The notes below the pieces were generated by a model. The model had not been told where the DNA came from. It ran no database searches and was given only the letters and a program-made list of their open reading frames with translations. The translations under genes and the position numbers were made by a program. From Sedimentisphaerales bacterium (GTDB lineage Bacteria > Planctomycetota > Phycisphaerae > Sedimentisphaerales > SM23-30): a DNA stretch of 64,000 bases. This document shows, piece by piece, positions 11,031 to 21,825 of this stretch (its first letter is position 1; every line of letters begins with the position of its first letter). The stretch is from the NCBI GenBank assembly GCA_963663805.2, contig CAXXMR010000008.1, forward strand, positions 128,001-192,000, written 5' to 3'.

Positions 11031-12268
11031 AACTATCTTCGCTGGGCACATTAGGTGGTTCGGCCCGGTGGTTGTTTTCCTTCAAATTGACCATGCTGGC
11101 TCGTCATCTGGCGGCGGGCACTTTTGCCGCGTGGCTTATGACGGTGGCGACGCCGTATTTTGCTTTGCCGATGGCGCTGACGATAGTGCTGATTTTGGCG
11201 GGGATAGTTAATCTGATATTTCGGCCCCGTGTTCTGGTCAAGGGTAATTTGCCGGCGCGGGTTATGGCAGGTAAGGAGTTTAGCTTTCGGTGTGAAATAA
11301 TCAATCCGGGGCGGATGTCGTTTTATGATTTGGGTTTGGGGTGTTTTGGTCTGCCTCGAGAGGTCGAGCAATTGCACCGGGAGCGTTTGGCAGGTTGTTT
11401 GGCCGGCGGCGGGTCGGTTGAGATGCAGGTGCATTTGCGTTCGCTGCGGCGGGGTCAGTATCAGATTGGCGGTCCCCGTTGTTTTACGACATTTCCGCTG
11501 AATCTGTTTCGTTCGGGTCGTCGAGCAGTTTGTAAACATTCTCTGCTGGTTTTGCCGAGTTTTCCTCAGTTGAACAATTTGTCGCTGCCGATGCAAAAGC
11601 GTTATCAGCCGGGCGGGATTACTCTGGCAAGTAATGTGGGTGAGTCGGCTGAGTATATCGGCAATCGTGAATATCGGGCGGGTGATTCGCCGCGTCGGAT
11701 TGATACGCGGGCGTGGGCACGGTTGGCTTGTCCTGCGGTTAAGGAATATCAGCAGGAATATTTTTGTCATGTCGCGATAGTGATGGATACGTTTATTCCG
11801 CGGCGAAGACGGGCGGGCAAGGAAGGTTTCGCGGAGCTGGAAGGGGCGGTGAGTTTAACGGCTGCGTTGTCGGATTTCATGTCGCGGGGTGAGGAGATAA
11901 TAGATTTTTTCGCGGCGGGTCCTGAGTTGTATAGTTTTCGTTACGGCAGGCATACTTCTCAACTGGATACTTTGCTGGAGATACTGGCTTGCATCGGGCC
12001 CAGTCGTGAGAATCCTTTTGTAAAAATTGCGCCGGTGCTTTTTGATGAGCTGGCGGTTACTTCGGCGGTGGTTTTTGTGCTGCTGGACTGGGATGAATAT
12101 CGCAAGAAGCTGATTCGTCGGGCGGTGGAGTCGGGCTGTGATGTGCGGGTTTTTATTATACGTGATAAGGCCGCGAGTTTGGATTACGAGTCGGACCAGA
12201 GTTGGGCGGGCGAGATAACCGTTTTGAAACCGAGCCAGATACGCGAAGGTGAATTGTCGGGATTATGA
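11027..12268 (+). CDS. DUF58 domain protein (MoxR partner)
   Basis: REYRAGDSPRRIDTRAWAR and VKEYQQE; ATGA overlap with the MoxR gene. Confidence 0.88.
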   Translation: MKLSSLGTLGGSARWLFSFKLTMLARHLAAGTFAAWLMTVATPYFALPMALTIVLILAGIVNLIFRPRVLVKGNLPARVMAGKEFSFRCEIINPGRMSFYDLGLGCFGLPREVEQLHRERLAGCLAGGGSVEMQVHLRSLRRGQYQIGGPRCFTTFPLNLFRSGRRAVCKHSLLVLPSFPQLNNLSLPMQKRYQPGGITLASNVGESAEYIGNREYRAGDSPRRIDTRAWARLACPAVKEYQQEYFCHVAIVMDTFIPRRRRAGKEGFAELEGAVSLTAALSDFMSRGEEIIDFFAAGPELYSFRYGRHTSQLDTLLEILACIGPSRENPFVKIAPVLFDELAVTSAVVFVLLDWDEYRKKLIRRAVESGCDVRVFIIRDKAASLDYESDQSWAGEITVLKPSQIREGELSGL

Positions 12269-14316
12269 GAGCACAGAAGCAGGCGGCATTTTTGTTGATG
12301 TTTTGTACATGCGCTACTTTGGCGGTGGCGTCGAAGCATTATATTGCGCCGGTGTTTTTTTGCGGGGCGGCGTTGGTGGGGCTGAGCGGGCGGTATCAGT
12401 GGGAGCTGCCTACAGCTCGTCGAGCGATATTTTTTTTGCTGGTGGGGTTGTATTTCGCGATACGTATGCGGCTGTCGAGTTCTCCGGGACAGTTGGCGAC
12501 CTGGTTGACGAATGACGCACGGTGGCATATCGCGGGGCAGTGTATTATCGCGTTGATGGTGCTTACCTTGTTTTTGCCTCAGAAGGGGCGTGGGTTGCCG
12601 CTGACTTTGCCGGTTATGGCGGTTATTGTGGTGATCGCCGAGGGCATGTCGATTTCGAATATTCAGCGGGCGAGTTTGTTTCAGGGGTTGGGGATATTGA
12701 CTGTGTTGTTGGGTATGGTTTATGGGGCTGCTTGTCGGGTTGACGTTGGTAAAGAGGCAGGCAGGGCGGGAGCTAATCGTCGGATTATTATGGTTATGAT
12801 TTTGCTTGCTGCGGGATTGAGCGGTTGGGCAGGGGGGTGTGTGATGTATGATTATCATTTCAAGATTGACCAGGCGCTGCAGCGGTTTCATCCCTATTGG
12901 GCGTTTTCGCAGAAGCAGTTGACTCGGGGTGGGAGTATGGGTTTTGACGGGGGCGGCTGGCTTAATACGGTTGGTAATATTTTGAGTACCGACCAGATGA
13001 AGTGTACTTTACGTGTTTTTTGTGATACGCTGCCGGGTTATTTGCGGGGGGCGGTGTTTGACCGGTATCGCAGTGGTGAATGGGTGACGACCGCGATTGC
13101 TGAGGGGGTTTTGGCGGAGGCGACGGGGCGGCCGGCGATTTATGAATTCGCTATAAGTAAAAAAGACGCTGAGATCTGGCGGGAGATGGATATTTGGCCT
13201 GATAATGATTTGGCGGCAGGGGTCTTTGTGCCTATGGAGACGAAACTGCTGCGGACGGCTACGGATAATATTCTGGTTGATGATAATAAGGTTATTCACG
13301 CACCGGATTTACTGGGTGGGATTAATTATCAGGCGGTGACTGCCCGTCCGGTTGACGGGGATTTGATTTCGGATTTTTCGCGAAGAAAGTATCTTGAGCT
13401 TTCGGACGAACTCGATGAGCGGATGGGGGGGCTGGCGGAGCATTTGTGTCGCGATTGTCAGAGTGCGACGGAGAAGATCGAGGCGGTCAGCTCGTATTTA
13501 CGGAATAATTTTTTGTATCAGTTGGGTGTGGCGGTTCCGGAAGATCGTGAGGCGATAAGTTATTTTCTGTTTGATGAGCGTGCGGGTCATTGTGAGTATT
13601 TCGCCTCCGCGGCGGCGCTGCTGCTGCGTTATGTGGGGGTGCCGACCCGTTATGTGGCAGGCTTTGTGGTGGATGAGAAGAATCCTTACGGCGGATATTA
13701 TGTTGCTCGCAATCGGGATGCTCACGCGTGGGTTGAGGCGTGGGATGATGGTCGCGGGAAGTGGGTGACGGTTGAAGCTACGTCGGCACAGTTGGCGGGT
13801 GGTGAGTCGCTGGCGCAGGCAGAGAGTGCGTTATGGGAACATATAAAGTTTCGCTTTCAGCAGTTGCGGGTTGCTATTCATGTGGATGGTATTACGGGGT
13901 TGGTGAGCTGGCTGGGAGAGCGTCTTTATGGGTTGCTGAATTGGGCTATAACTAGTTTTGCGGGGTGGCTGCTGATAGTGGTGCTTTTGGTGCTTCTGTT
14001 CTGGCGGCTGGGGCGTCGGATTAAGCATTATCAGCCGAGGGCGGAGTTGGCGCCGGAGCTTGCGGAAATGTATTCGCTGCTGGCGAAGATGGACCGTCGC
14101 TTGGGGCGTTTGCGTATTGAACGCGAGGCGGCGGAGACAGTCACGCAATTCGCACAACGTCTGCATGATGAGAATCTTGGGCAGGCGGGGCAGTGGTATG
14201 AGGAATATTGTCGGGTGCGTTTTGGCGGGGTGATAGATGAGAAAGCAATCGTGAGACTGAAATCACGAATACCTAAGCCAGGTAAGCTGGAAATCCTAAA
14301 CAAATCCGAATTTTGA
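12265..14316 (+). CDS. membrane transglutaminase-like protein (TgpA/DUF3488 type)
   Basis: multiple N-terminal TM helices, YLRGAVFDRY, GHCEYFASA, DAHAWVEAW; ATGA overlap. Confidence 0.9.
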   Translation: MRAQKQAAFLLMFCTCATLAVASKHYIAPVFFCGAALVGLSGRYQWELPTARRAIFFLLVGLYFAIRMRLSSSPGQLATWLTNDARWHIAGQCIIALMVLTLFLPQKGRGLPLTLPVMAVIVVIAEGMSISNIQRASLFQGLGILTVLLGMVYGAACRVDVGKEAGRAGANRRIIMVMILLAAGLSGWAGGCVMYDYHFKIDQALQRFHPYWAFSQKQLTRGGSMGFDGGGWLNTVGNILSTDQMKCTLRVFCDTLPGYLRGAVFDRYRSGEWVTTAIAEGVLAEATGRPAIYEFAISKKDAEIWREMDIWPDNDLAAGVFVPMETKLLRTATDNILVDDNKVIHAPDLLGGINYQAVTARPVDGDLISDFSRRKYLELSDELDERMGGLAEHLCRDCQSATEKIEAVSSYLRNNFLYQLGVAVPEDREAISYFLFDERAGHCEYFASAAALLLRYVGVPTRYVAGFVVDEKNPYGGYYVARNRDAHAWVEAWDDGRGKWVTVEATSAQLAGGESLAQAESALWEHIKFRFQQLRVAIHVDGITGLVSWLGERLYGLLNWAITSFAGWLLIVVLLVLLFWRLGRRIKHYQPRAELAPELAEMYSLLAKMDRRLGRLRIEREAAETVTQFAQRLHDENLGQAGQWYEEYCRVRFGGVIDEKAIVRLKSRIPKPGKLEILNKSEF

Positions 14317-14400
14317 AAATCAAAACTTAAAAACTAAAGCATTAAACAACGGGCAAAAAAAACGTAGTTTCTTAAATGGAACCGTGTCTTAGATTTATGC

Positions 14401-15064
14401 TTAGATGTTGACTGTTTTTTTGAATTCTTCTAGTCCACCTAATTTTTCTATCAGGGCACCGAGTCGCTGATGTTTGCCGGCGTTGGTTTTGAACCAGTCG
14501 ATAATTTTGGCGATGAGGGCGAGTACTTCTTCTTCATTTAGTTCGGTGGCGATTTCCTGGGAAAATCGGGGACGCGCTCCGCCGTTGCCGCCTACTCTGA
14601 GTGTCCAGCCTTTGGGTCGGCCTACTACGGCGATGTCTTTGATGCAGGTTTCGGCGCACTCCAAGGGACAGCCGCTGACACCCATTTTCATTTTACCGGG
14701 CAGTTCCATGCCGTGATAAATTTCGTCGAGCTTTAAGCCAAGGGCCAGGCTGTTTTGTTTGCCTTTTTTGCAGAAGGTGGTGCCGGGGCAGGCTTTGACG
14801 CTGCGGACACAGAGGCCGACGGCGGCGCCGGCGGCCATGCCTAAATCTTCCCATACCGCGTCAATTTTGTCCTCGGCGATACCTACCAGGGCAATTCGGG
14901 CGGCACTGGTGATTTTGAGGGCCTGAATCTCGTGTTTTTCGGCTACGTCGGCTATTTTTGCGCAGAAGTTCAGGGGTGACCAAGCCGCAGGGGATGTGTG
15001 GGGCTACGGCGTAGGTTTCTTTGTCGCGCTGTACAATTACCCCTTTATCGCCATCGTTCAGCAA
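14401..15064 (-). CDS. nitrite/sulfite reductase-like 4Fe-4S protein, split by one extra A (14955-14959)
   Basis: YAVAPHIPCG...LRK/IADVAEKH...LKITSAARIALVG...SVKACPGTTFC...KMGVSGCPLECAE; span 664 = 3n+1. Confidence 0.85.
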
Positions 15065-15167
15065 GTCACAGTCCTTTCCAAAATTGTACTATCTTTTCAT
15101 TACCAGCCATATGATAGGAAAGAGCTGTCTGGTGGGCAAGTTAATTTCTGGTTGTCAAATGCTGCTG

Positions 15168-15887
15168 TTATTGACGAATCTCGCCTTCGAGGGTGATTGT
15201 GATGTCGTCGAATTGAGTATCAACGCCACTGGCGGCGAGGGCCATTTGGGCGATTCTGTTCAAGCCTGAGCAGCAGGGGACTTCCATGTGCAGTACGGTC
15301 AGGCTTTTGGGCTGAGCGACCTGGATGATTTCTGTGAGTTTTTCGACATATACTTTGGTGTCGTCAAGTTTGGGGCATCCCACCGCCAGGGCGTGGTCTT
15401 TGAGGAATTTTTGGTGGAAATCTCCCATTGCAAATGGTACGCAATCAGCTACCAGCAGGATGTCAGCGTTTTTGAAATAGGGTGCCTGGGGTGAAACCAG
15501 CATGAGCTGAACCGGCCATTGCTGAAGTTGCGAGCTTACGTCTCCGGAGTTGTTTTTTTCATTATCATTTGTTTTGGGCCGTAATTTTTTTGCCATCGAA
15601 CCGGGGCAGGTGAAACCTTCAGAACGAGGTGCCGGTTTGGGCTGGTCTTGCTGCAAATGTTTGGCGACGGCCTGTTCGTCGAATTCGGCGGCATCTCGTT
15701 TTTCGATGGTAATCGCGTCCATCGGGCAGGTGCCGAGGCAGGCCCCCAATCCGTCGCAGTAGACCTCGCTGACCAGCCGGGCTTTGCCGTCGATTATCTG
15801 GATGGCACCTTCGGCGCAGGAGGTGACACACAGGCCGCAACCGTTGCATTTGTTCTCGTCGATTTTTACTATATTTCTAACAGCCAT
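15168..15887 (-). CDS. 4Fe-4S dicluster ferredoxin-domain protein (hcp-associated)
   Basis: CNGCGLCVTSC, CDGLGACLGTCP, WPVQL, GCPKLD, MEVPCCSG. Confidence 0.9.
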   Translation of the reverse strand: MAVRNIVKIDENKCNGCGLCVTSCAEGAIQIIDGKARLVSEVYCDGLGACLGTCPMDAITIEKRDAAEFDEQAVAKHLQQDQPKPAPRSEGFTCPGSMAKKLRPKTNDNEKNNSGDVSSQLQQWPVQLMLVSPQAPYFKNADILLVADCVPFAMGDFHQKFLKDHALAVGCPKLDDTKVYVEKLTEIIQVAQPKSLTVLHMEVPCCSGLNRIAQMALAASGVDTQFDDITITLEGEIRQ

Positions 15888-15907
15888 TCTGAACTCCGAA
15901 AAGTAGA

Positions 15908-15934
15908 CGGGAAGCGCCCCGACCCCGCTTCCCG
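15908..15934 (-). terminator. stem-loop between hcp and the ferredoxin gene
   Basis: cgggaagcg...cgcttcccg inverted repeat with a short T-rich tail on the minus strand. Confidence 0.45.
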
Positions 15935-15947
15935 TTCTTGTGTGTGT

Positions 15948-17600
15948 CTAATTCAGCATTGCTTTCAAGTCGGCCTGTGCCTGGCCGATAGGTGTGAGGT
16001 TGAAATTTTCTACCAGCACATTTAGGACGTTGGGTCCGACGAATGCCGGCAGCGACGGTCCGATTCGCATATTCTTGATGCCCAGGTGCAGCAGGGTGAG
16101 CAGGATACAAACGGCTTTTTGCTCAAACCAGCTCAGTACGATTGAAAGAGGCAAATCATTTACGTCGCAATCGAATGCTTTAGCTAGTGCTACCGCGATC
16201 TGGATGGCTGAATAGGCGTCGTTGCACTGGCCTATGTCCAGCAGGCGCGGGATGCCGCCGATGGTTCCAAAATCGAGTTTATTGAAACGATATTTACCGC
16301 AGGCCAGGGTCAGGATTATACAGTCATTGGGGATGGCTTCGGCTAGTTCGGTGTAATAGTTACGGCCGGAGGTGGCGCCGTCACATCCGCCGATGAGGAA
16401 GAAATGTTTGATGGTCCCGGCTTTGACGGCATCTACAACGGTTCCGGCTACGCTCATTACCGCGCCATGTCCAAAACCTACGATGATTTTCTTTTCGGGT
16501 GCATCTTCTTTGAATCCTTCAGCGGCCAGGGCGGCTTCGATTACGGGCGTAAAATCCTGGTTTTGGATATGTTTGACTCCGGGCCAGCCTACGAGTCCAC
16601 AAGTGAAGATTCTGTTTTTGTAACTGTCGGCAGGTTTTTTGATGCAATTTGTGGTCATTAAAATTGCGCCGGGGAATTCACTGAATTCTTTAATCTGGTC
16701 TTGCCATGCTCCGCCATAATTGCCGACGAGATGTTTATATTTTTTGAGTTCCGGGTAGCCGTGGCAGGGCAGCATTTCGCCGTGTGTGTAAATATTGATG
16801 CCTTTTCCTTCGGTCTGTTTGAGCAGTTCGTGGAGGTCTTTGAGGTCGTGTCCTGATACTACAATGGCTTTGCCTTTGACCGGTTTTACGCGTACTTCGG
16901 TTGGTTCGGGTGTTCCGTATGCTTCGGTGTTGGCGGTGTCGAGCAGGGCCATGACTTTGAGATTTACTTCTCCGCATTTCAGGTTCATAGCGACCAGTTC
17001 ATCGACGCTTTCGGCTTTATCGGTTGTCAGGAAATCCAGCGCCTCGGCGAAATAAGCGTATACGTCGTCGTCTTCTTTACCCAGAATCAGGGCGTGGTCG
17101 GCATAGGCGGCCATTCCTTTAAGGCCGTAAACGAGCAGTTCCTGCAAGCCCGCTACGTCGTCGCCCAGTTCTGCTTTACGCGGAGCGATACCGACTATTT
17201 CGGCACCGGATACCATTGTGTCAAGGTTGGCTCCAGGGTTCCAGGTGGCCGGTCCGTTAAGTTTTTCGGGTTGCTGTCCCGCGTTTTTGGCAGCTTGTTC
17301 ATACATCGCCTGAGCCTGTTCGCGCATTGAAATTGCTTTTAAGGCCATTTCTACCTGGCGGTCTTTGTCGAAATTGACATTGGTGACTGTTGTGAACAGG
17401 ATTTCCAGAATAAAACGGTCTATCTGTGAATTTCGTTTGCCGAGCTTGCCAGCGCGGTGAGCGTACATCGCGATGCCCTTGCTCAGATGTATCAGCCCAT
17501 CCTGGATTTTGGCGGTCGGTTCGTCTTTGCCGCATACGCCGTGCTTTGTACAGCCCTTTCCCTGGGCGGTTTGCTCGCATTGATAACAAAACATACTCAT
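15948..17600 (-). CDS. hcp: hybrid cluster protein (hydroxylamine/NO reductase)
   Basis: MFCYQCEQT-x4-C-x5-C, SGHDLKD, YTHGEMLP, MTTNC, GGCDG, LACGKYRF, GQCNDAY, SWFEQKA; start 17600 follows GAGGT. Confidence 0.97.
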   Translation of the reverse strand: MSMFCYQCEQTAQGKGCTKHGVCGKDEPTAKIQDGLIHLSKGIAMYAHRAGKLGKRNSQIDRFILEILFTTVTNVNFDKDRQVEMALKAISMREQAQAMYEQAAKNAGQQPEKLNGPATWNPGANLDTMVSGAEIVGIAPRKAELGDDVAGLQELLVYGLKGMAAYADHALILGKEDDDVYAYFAEALDFLTTDKAESVDELVAMNLKCGEVNLKVMALLDTANTEAYGTPEPTEVRVKPVKGKAIVVSGHDLKDLHELLKQTEGKGINIYTHGEMLPCHGYPELKKYKHLVGNYGGAWQDQIKEFSEFPGAILMTTNCIKKPADSYKNRIFTCGLVGWPGVKHIQNQDFTPVIEAALAAEGFKEDAPEKKIIVGFGHGAVMSVAGTVVDAVKAGTIKHFFLIGGCDGATSGRNYYTELAEAIPNDCIILTLACGKYRFNKLDFGTIGGIPRLLDIGQCNDAYSAIQIAVALAKAFDCDVNDLPLSIVLSWFEQKAVCILLTLLHLGIKNMRIGPSLPAFVGPNVLNVLVENFNLTPIGQAQADLKAMLN

Positions 17601-17673
17601 GATAATACCTCGCTTTCGCTTATTTTGGTTTCCGAGATTACCGGAACTTGAGTTTCCGGTTGATACTTTTATT

Positions 17674-18105
17674 CTATACATCTGCTTTCGATTTTTGCAG
17701 ATAAAGTTTATATAATTCCGCCAGACTTACATTGCCCAGGAATTCCACGATATAATTTTGCAATTCGCGGAGCTTGTCTGTTACCGGACATGTGTTTTTC
17801 CGGTCGCAGTCGGTTGAGCAGGCCATGCACTGATTGAGCAGTACCGGCCCTTGCATGGCCTCGATTATCTGGCTCATTTGTATTTGTTCGGCAGGGCGTG
17901 CCAGGGCATAGCCGCCGCGTGGCCCCATGGCGCTTTGAATCAGGCCTGCCTCGTGTAATTGCTGGAGAATTTTGCAGGCGAAATCATAGGAGACGCCGTT
18001 TTCGCCAGCGATAATTCGGGCTGAGGCATATTCGTTTTTTTTTAGACCTGTCAAATGGAGCATCAGCCTAAAAGCGTAATCTGTGTTCTGTCTTAGTAAA
18101 TCCAT
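17674..18105 (-). CDS. Rrf2 family transcriptional regulator (Fe-S type)
   Basis: TDYAFR, GPRGGYALARP, C-terminal Cys cluster CMAC..C..C. Confidence 0.93.
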   Translation of the reverse strand: MDLLRQNTDYAFRLMLHLTGLKKNEYASARIIAGENGVSYDFACKILQQLHEAGLIQSAMGPRGGYALARPAEQIQMSQIIEAMQGPVLLNQCMACSTDCDRKNTCPVTDKLRELQNYIVEFLGNVSLAELYKLYLQKSKADV

Positions 18106-18151
18106 ATTATTTTTTCGTTAATACCGGGCGGGCGGTATTACTAATTTTCCA

Positions 18152-18188
18152 TATCAGACCATTCTAGTCCTACTTATATCAGAGTCAA
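18152..18188 (-). promoter_or_regulatory. sigma70-like promoter overlapped by an Rrf2/IscR-like operator
   Basis: minus strand TTGACT-N16-TAGAAT; overlapping GACTAGAATGGTC resembles the IscR type-1 core GACT-N5-AGTC. Confidence 0.55.
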
Positions 18189-18678
18189 ATTTTTCGTCAA
18201 ATTTTTATTTTAAGCATTTTTAAGTCATTGTTTGATAATGCATTGTGTTTTTTGCTAAAATCTGTCTGGTCCTCATGGTCTTGATATTGAAGTACAGAGT
18301 TGTTCTGAAAAAAATATTGTCATTTGCCGGGTCAAGGTCCGTCCACGAGAGAGTTTTTTTAGTTATGGGTACGGATGTTATTATTGAGTGAGACTGTTTT
18401 AGGAATTAATGGTTTGGTGGTTGCTGTGTGGGGGATTTGGGATTCTGCCGACCTATAACTATAATTTACTTTTGAGGGGAAGCAGGGTCGATAACCCAAA
18501 GTCTCATAAGAAGCTTTGTTTTGGCCCAAAAGTCTCTTTTTGATATAGGGTGAATTTTTCCAGATGATTTATGTGTAGAAGAAAGAACTTAGTTAAACCT
18601 GCCTGTTTTAATCTTCGATACAAATGACAGCGGAATAGATGTGTGATTTTACAATGTTACTTTAATGGAGAGATTGTT

Positions 18679-19872
18679 ATGAAGCTTTTGACTAACCTTA
18701 TTGTGGTTGCTGTTTGCGTAGTGATATTGTCGGCCCAGATGGTTTTGGCAGGGCCTGCCGAAGACAAAGCTAAACTCTATAAGGATATTTCTGTCCAGAT
18801 TGACAAATCTGCCTCGGCAAGTCCTCAGGTTCAGTCCTTTGTTAAGGCCATGCTTTTGCCCCTGAGTGGCAATCCTGTTTTTGTCAAGGCGGTCGCGGAG
18901 CAGAACGCTTCTGGTAAAACTCTGGATGACATTAAACAGACTGACGAGCAATGGATAAATGCCGAGGATGAACTGCCCATCCATAAAGTTTTGCTTACCA
19001 ATCCGTGCAGCAAGGAAATTAAGCGTATTGTAAAAAACATGCCGGTTATTGTCGAAGCATTTGTTATGGATAATCAAGGGGCCAATGTTGCCCAGAATAC
19101 ATTGACCAGTGATTACTGGCAGGGTGATGAGGGCAAGTGGCAAAATTCTTATAATGGCGGTAAGGGCGGGGTTGAGATTAGCGGGGTTGAGTTTGACAAA
19201 TCGGCCAACGCTCAGTTGCAGCAGGTATCTTTGCCGGTTATTGATGATAATGGTCAGGTTATCGGCGCAGTTTGTTATGGTATCAACACTGCTTATGCTG
19301 AAATAATCGGCAAGGTAGCGGAAGATATTGATTCTTCGGCAATCGCTACTGACGATGTCAAGCGTTTCGCAAAATACCGTTTATTGGGTTTGTCCATGAA
19401 CAGTATTTTTGTTAGTGAGACGACGGCCCAGAATGACAAGTCTATCCTGCTTGATGAAGTCAAGAATTTTGACAGGCAGTGGATGGAAGCCGAAGATGAG
19501 TTGCCCCTTCACAAGGAGAAACTAGGCAATCCCTGTGCTCAGGAAATTCGTCGTTTAGCTTCCAGGTTGCCGGCTATTCTGGAGGCATTTGTCATGGATA
19601 ATCAAGGTGCCAATGTTGGTCAGAACGCTCTTACCAGTGATTACTGGCAGGGTGATGAAGCCAAGTGGCAGAAGTCATTTAATGGTGGTAAAGGCGGGGT
19701 TGAAATTGGCGTGGTTGAGTTTGATAAATCGGCTAATGTTCAGTTGCAGCAGATTTCTTTGCCGGTTATCGATGCCAAAGGCTCTGTAATTGGCGCGGTT
19801 TGCTATGGAATTAATACTGACCAAGTAGGCGCGTTCCAAGTTGCTGATTATTCGGATATTTTGCCCCAGTAA
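18679..19872 (+). CDS. secreted protein with two tandem PDC/Cache-like sensor domains
   Basis: signal peptide; EAFVMDNQGANV-x4-TSDYWQGDE-x-KW...QISLPVID occurs twice about 176 aa apart; no further TM segment. Confidence 0.8.
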   Translation: MKLLTNLIVVAVCVVILSAQMVLAGPAEDKAKLYKDISVQIDKSASASPQVQSFVKAMLLPLSGNPVFVKAVAEQNASGKTLDDIKQTDEQWINAEDELPIHKVLLTNPCSKEIKRIVKNMPVIVEAFVMDNQGANVAQNTLTSDYWQGDEGKWQNSYNGGKGGVEISGVEFDKSANAQLQQVSLPVIDDNGQVIGAVCYGINTAYAEIIGKVAEDIDSSAIATDDVKRFAKYRLLGLSMNSIFVSETTAQNDKSILLDEVKNFDRQWMEAEDELPLHKEKLGNPCAQEIRRLASRLPAILEAFVMDNQGANVGQNALTSDYWQGDEAKWQKSFNGGKGGVEIGVVEFDKSANVQLQQISLPVIDAKGSVIGAVCYGINTDQVGAFQVADYSDILPQ

Positions 19873-19899
19873 TCGGTTGTTCTTTTTATTGAGGAGTCA

Positions 19900-21813
19900 G
19901 TGATGTTTAAGCGTTTGAAAAAAAACAGGAGCAGCAAAGCGGCCAAAGGAAGTGTCAAGAAGACCGGCGGTTTTGGCATATTGCATAAAATTGTTTTGAT
20001 GGTTGGGATACCTGTTCTGGCTTTGGCGTTTCTGGCGGGTTTTGGGTGGTGGAATCTCCACAATACCTCCAGTCAGGTTGATTACATTGTTAATGAGCAG
20101 TTTGTCAGTTTGATTGATGAGGATATTGCGCCTCTGATTAAAGATGACATGTTGCCTTTGATTAATCATGATATAGCCCAAATAAACGGTCTGCAAAACA
20201 GTATTCGTCTGATACTTGAGGCTGACCGTGATGTTCATCAGGCGGTTTTGGCTGAGAAGATGGCTTTGGCGGCATCGGGCGAGGAAGAGAGCAATGCCGC
20301 CAGGCAGGCGAGTCAGGAGAATATTCAGCAGGCGTATGATCGTATCGAGAAAGCTGTCTCAGGCAGTGATTCTGCGCGAATTCAGGAACAATACACACAA
20401 TTTAAGACGGATTATGCTGCCTGGAAGGAAAAAACTGAAAAAGTTTTTGATTTGGCAGGCGATCCCGGCAAGCTAAACTTTGCGAGAAAAGCCAGTAACG
20501 GCGGTTCCGCGGAAAAAGCCTTCGATACGATGCGTGATGATGTGGACAAGCTGCAGGGGCTTCAGGAAGAGTATATCCAGAGTGTTTTGGCTGATGTTAA
20601 TGCCAAAAAAGAACGGATTAATCAGAAGGAACAGACGATTGCTCAGCAGCGTGAGGCGGCCTTGCAAGGCGCAGACAAAATAAGGAAAGAAATTGTAACC
20701 GCTACCGCGTATTTTCTGACGGTTTCGATTATTGTAAGTATTGTGGTTGTTGCAATCGCTGTTGTGGTTAGTCGTTCGATTATCAATCCGCTGCGTAAGA
20801 CTATTGACATGGTCAAAGATATTGCTCAGGGTGAAGGTGATCTTACCCGGCGTTTGGATGACCGCAAGCAGGATGAAATCGGCGAGTTGAGTAAATGGTT
20901 TAATATTTTTGTTGAGAAACTCCAGGTTATGATTCGGCAGATTGCTCAAAATGCCACGACATTGTCCCAGTCTGCGGTTCAGCTCAGCAGTACCGCGACT
21001 GATATGTCTCAGGATGCTCAGGACCTTAGTCAGCAGTCGGCTACAACTGCTAATACTGCTCAGGATGTTTCGGTTACGATGAATGGTATGTCGGCTTCTT
21101 CGGAAGAGATGTCTGCTAATGTCAAGACTGTCGCTGCGGCGGTGGAAGAGATGACCGCCAGTATAACCGAAGTTGCTCGTAATGCCGAGCAGGCTGCCCA
21201 GGTCGCGGACCAGGCCACCACACTGGCAGAGAACAGTAATGAAAAAATTGGTGTTCTGGGTGTGGCCGCTGATGAAATCGGTAAAGTTATTGAGGTTATT
21301 CAGGATATTGCCGAGCAGACCAATTTGCTAGCTCTAAACGCCACAATCGAAGCTGCCCGTGCCGGTGATGCCGGCAAGGGGTTTGCTGTGGTTGCAAGTG
21401 AGGTGAAAGAGCTTGCCCGTCAGACCGCTGATGCGACTGAGGATATTGGCAATCGTATTCGGGCGATTCAGGAATCCACTGAGCATTCGATCGAGTCGAT
21501 AGGTGAGATTCGTCAGGTTATCGGCAAGGTTAATGAAGTATCCCGTTCTATCGCTTCGGCGGTCGAAGAGCAGAGTATTACCACCAAGGAGATATCCTCC
21601 AGTATTGCTCAGACCGCGGCAGCTTCGGAGACGGTATCGAGAGGCACTGTCGATGCCGCTGGTGGAGTAAAGAACATTACCCAAAGTATCGAGCATGTCG
21701 ACAGCGTTGCTCAGAAGACCGCCCAGGGTGTTGCTCTGGTTCAGTCGGCAGGTAGTGATATGTCGCAATTGGCTGAGCAGCTTAACCAGCTGGTAAATCA
21801 GTTCAAAGTTTAA
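19900..21813 (+). CDS. methyl-accepting chemotaxis protein
   Basis: two TM helices, HAMP ([13 protein letters not shown]), signalling tip [37 protein letters not shown]. Confidence 0.96.
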   Translation: MMFKRLKKNRSSKAAKGSVKKTGGFGILHKIVLMVGIPVLALAFLAGFGWWNLHNTSSQVDYIVNEQFVSLIDEDIAPLIKDDMLPLINHDIAQINGLQNSIRLILEADRDVHQAVLAEKMALAASGEEESNAARQASQENIQQAYDRIEKAVSGSDSARIQEQYTQFKTDYAAWKEKTEKVFDLAGDPGKLNFARKASNGGSAEKAFDTMRDDVDKLQGLQEEYIQSVLADVNAKKERINQKEQTIAQQREAALQGADKIRKEIVTATAYFLTVSIIVSIVVVAIAVVVSRSIINPLRKTIDMVKDIAQGEGDLTRRLDDRKQDEIGELSKWFNIFVEKLQVMIRQIAQNATTLSQSAVQLSSTATDMSQDAQDLSQQSATTANTAQDVSVTMNGMSASSEEMSANVKTVAAAVEEMTASITEVARNAEQAAQVADQATTLAENSNEKIGVLGVAADEIGKVIEVIQDIAEQTNLLALNATIEAARAGDAGKGFAVVASEVKELARQTADATEDIGNRIRAIQESTEHSIESIGEIRQVIGKVNEVSRSIASAVEEQSITTKEISSSIAQTAAASETVSRGTVDAAGGVKNITQSIEHVDSVAQKTAQGVALVQSAGSDMSQLAEQLNQLVNQFKV

Positions 21814-21825
21814 TAGATCTTTTTG

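Noticed and set aside
17601..17681. N-terminal extension of hcp
   Set aside because: The family starts at M(S)MFCYQC, and an RBS precedes 17600.
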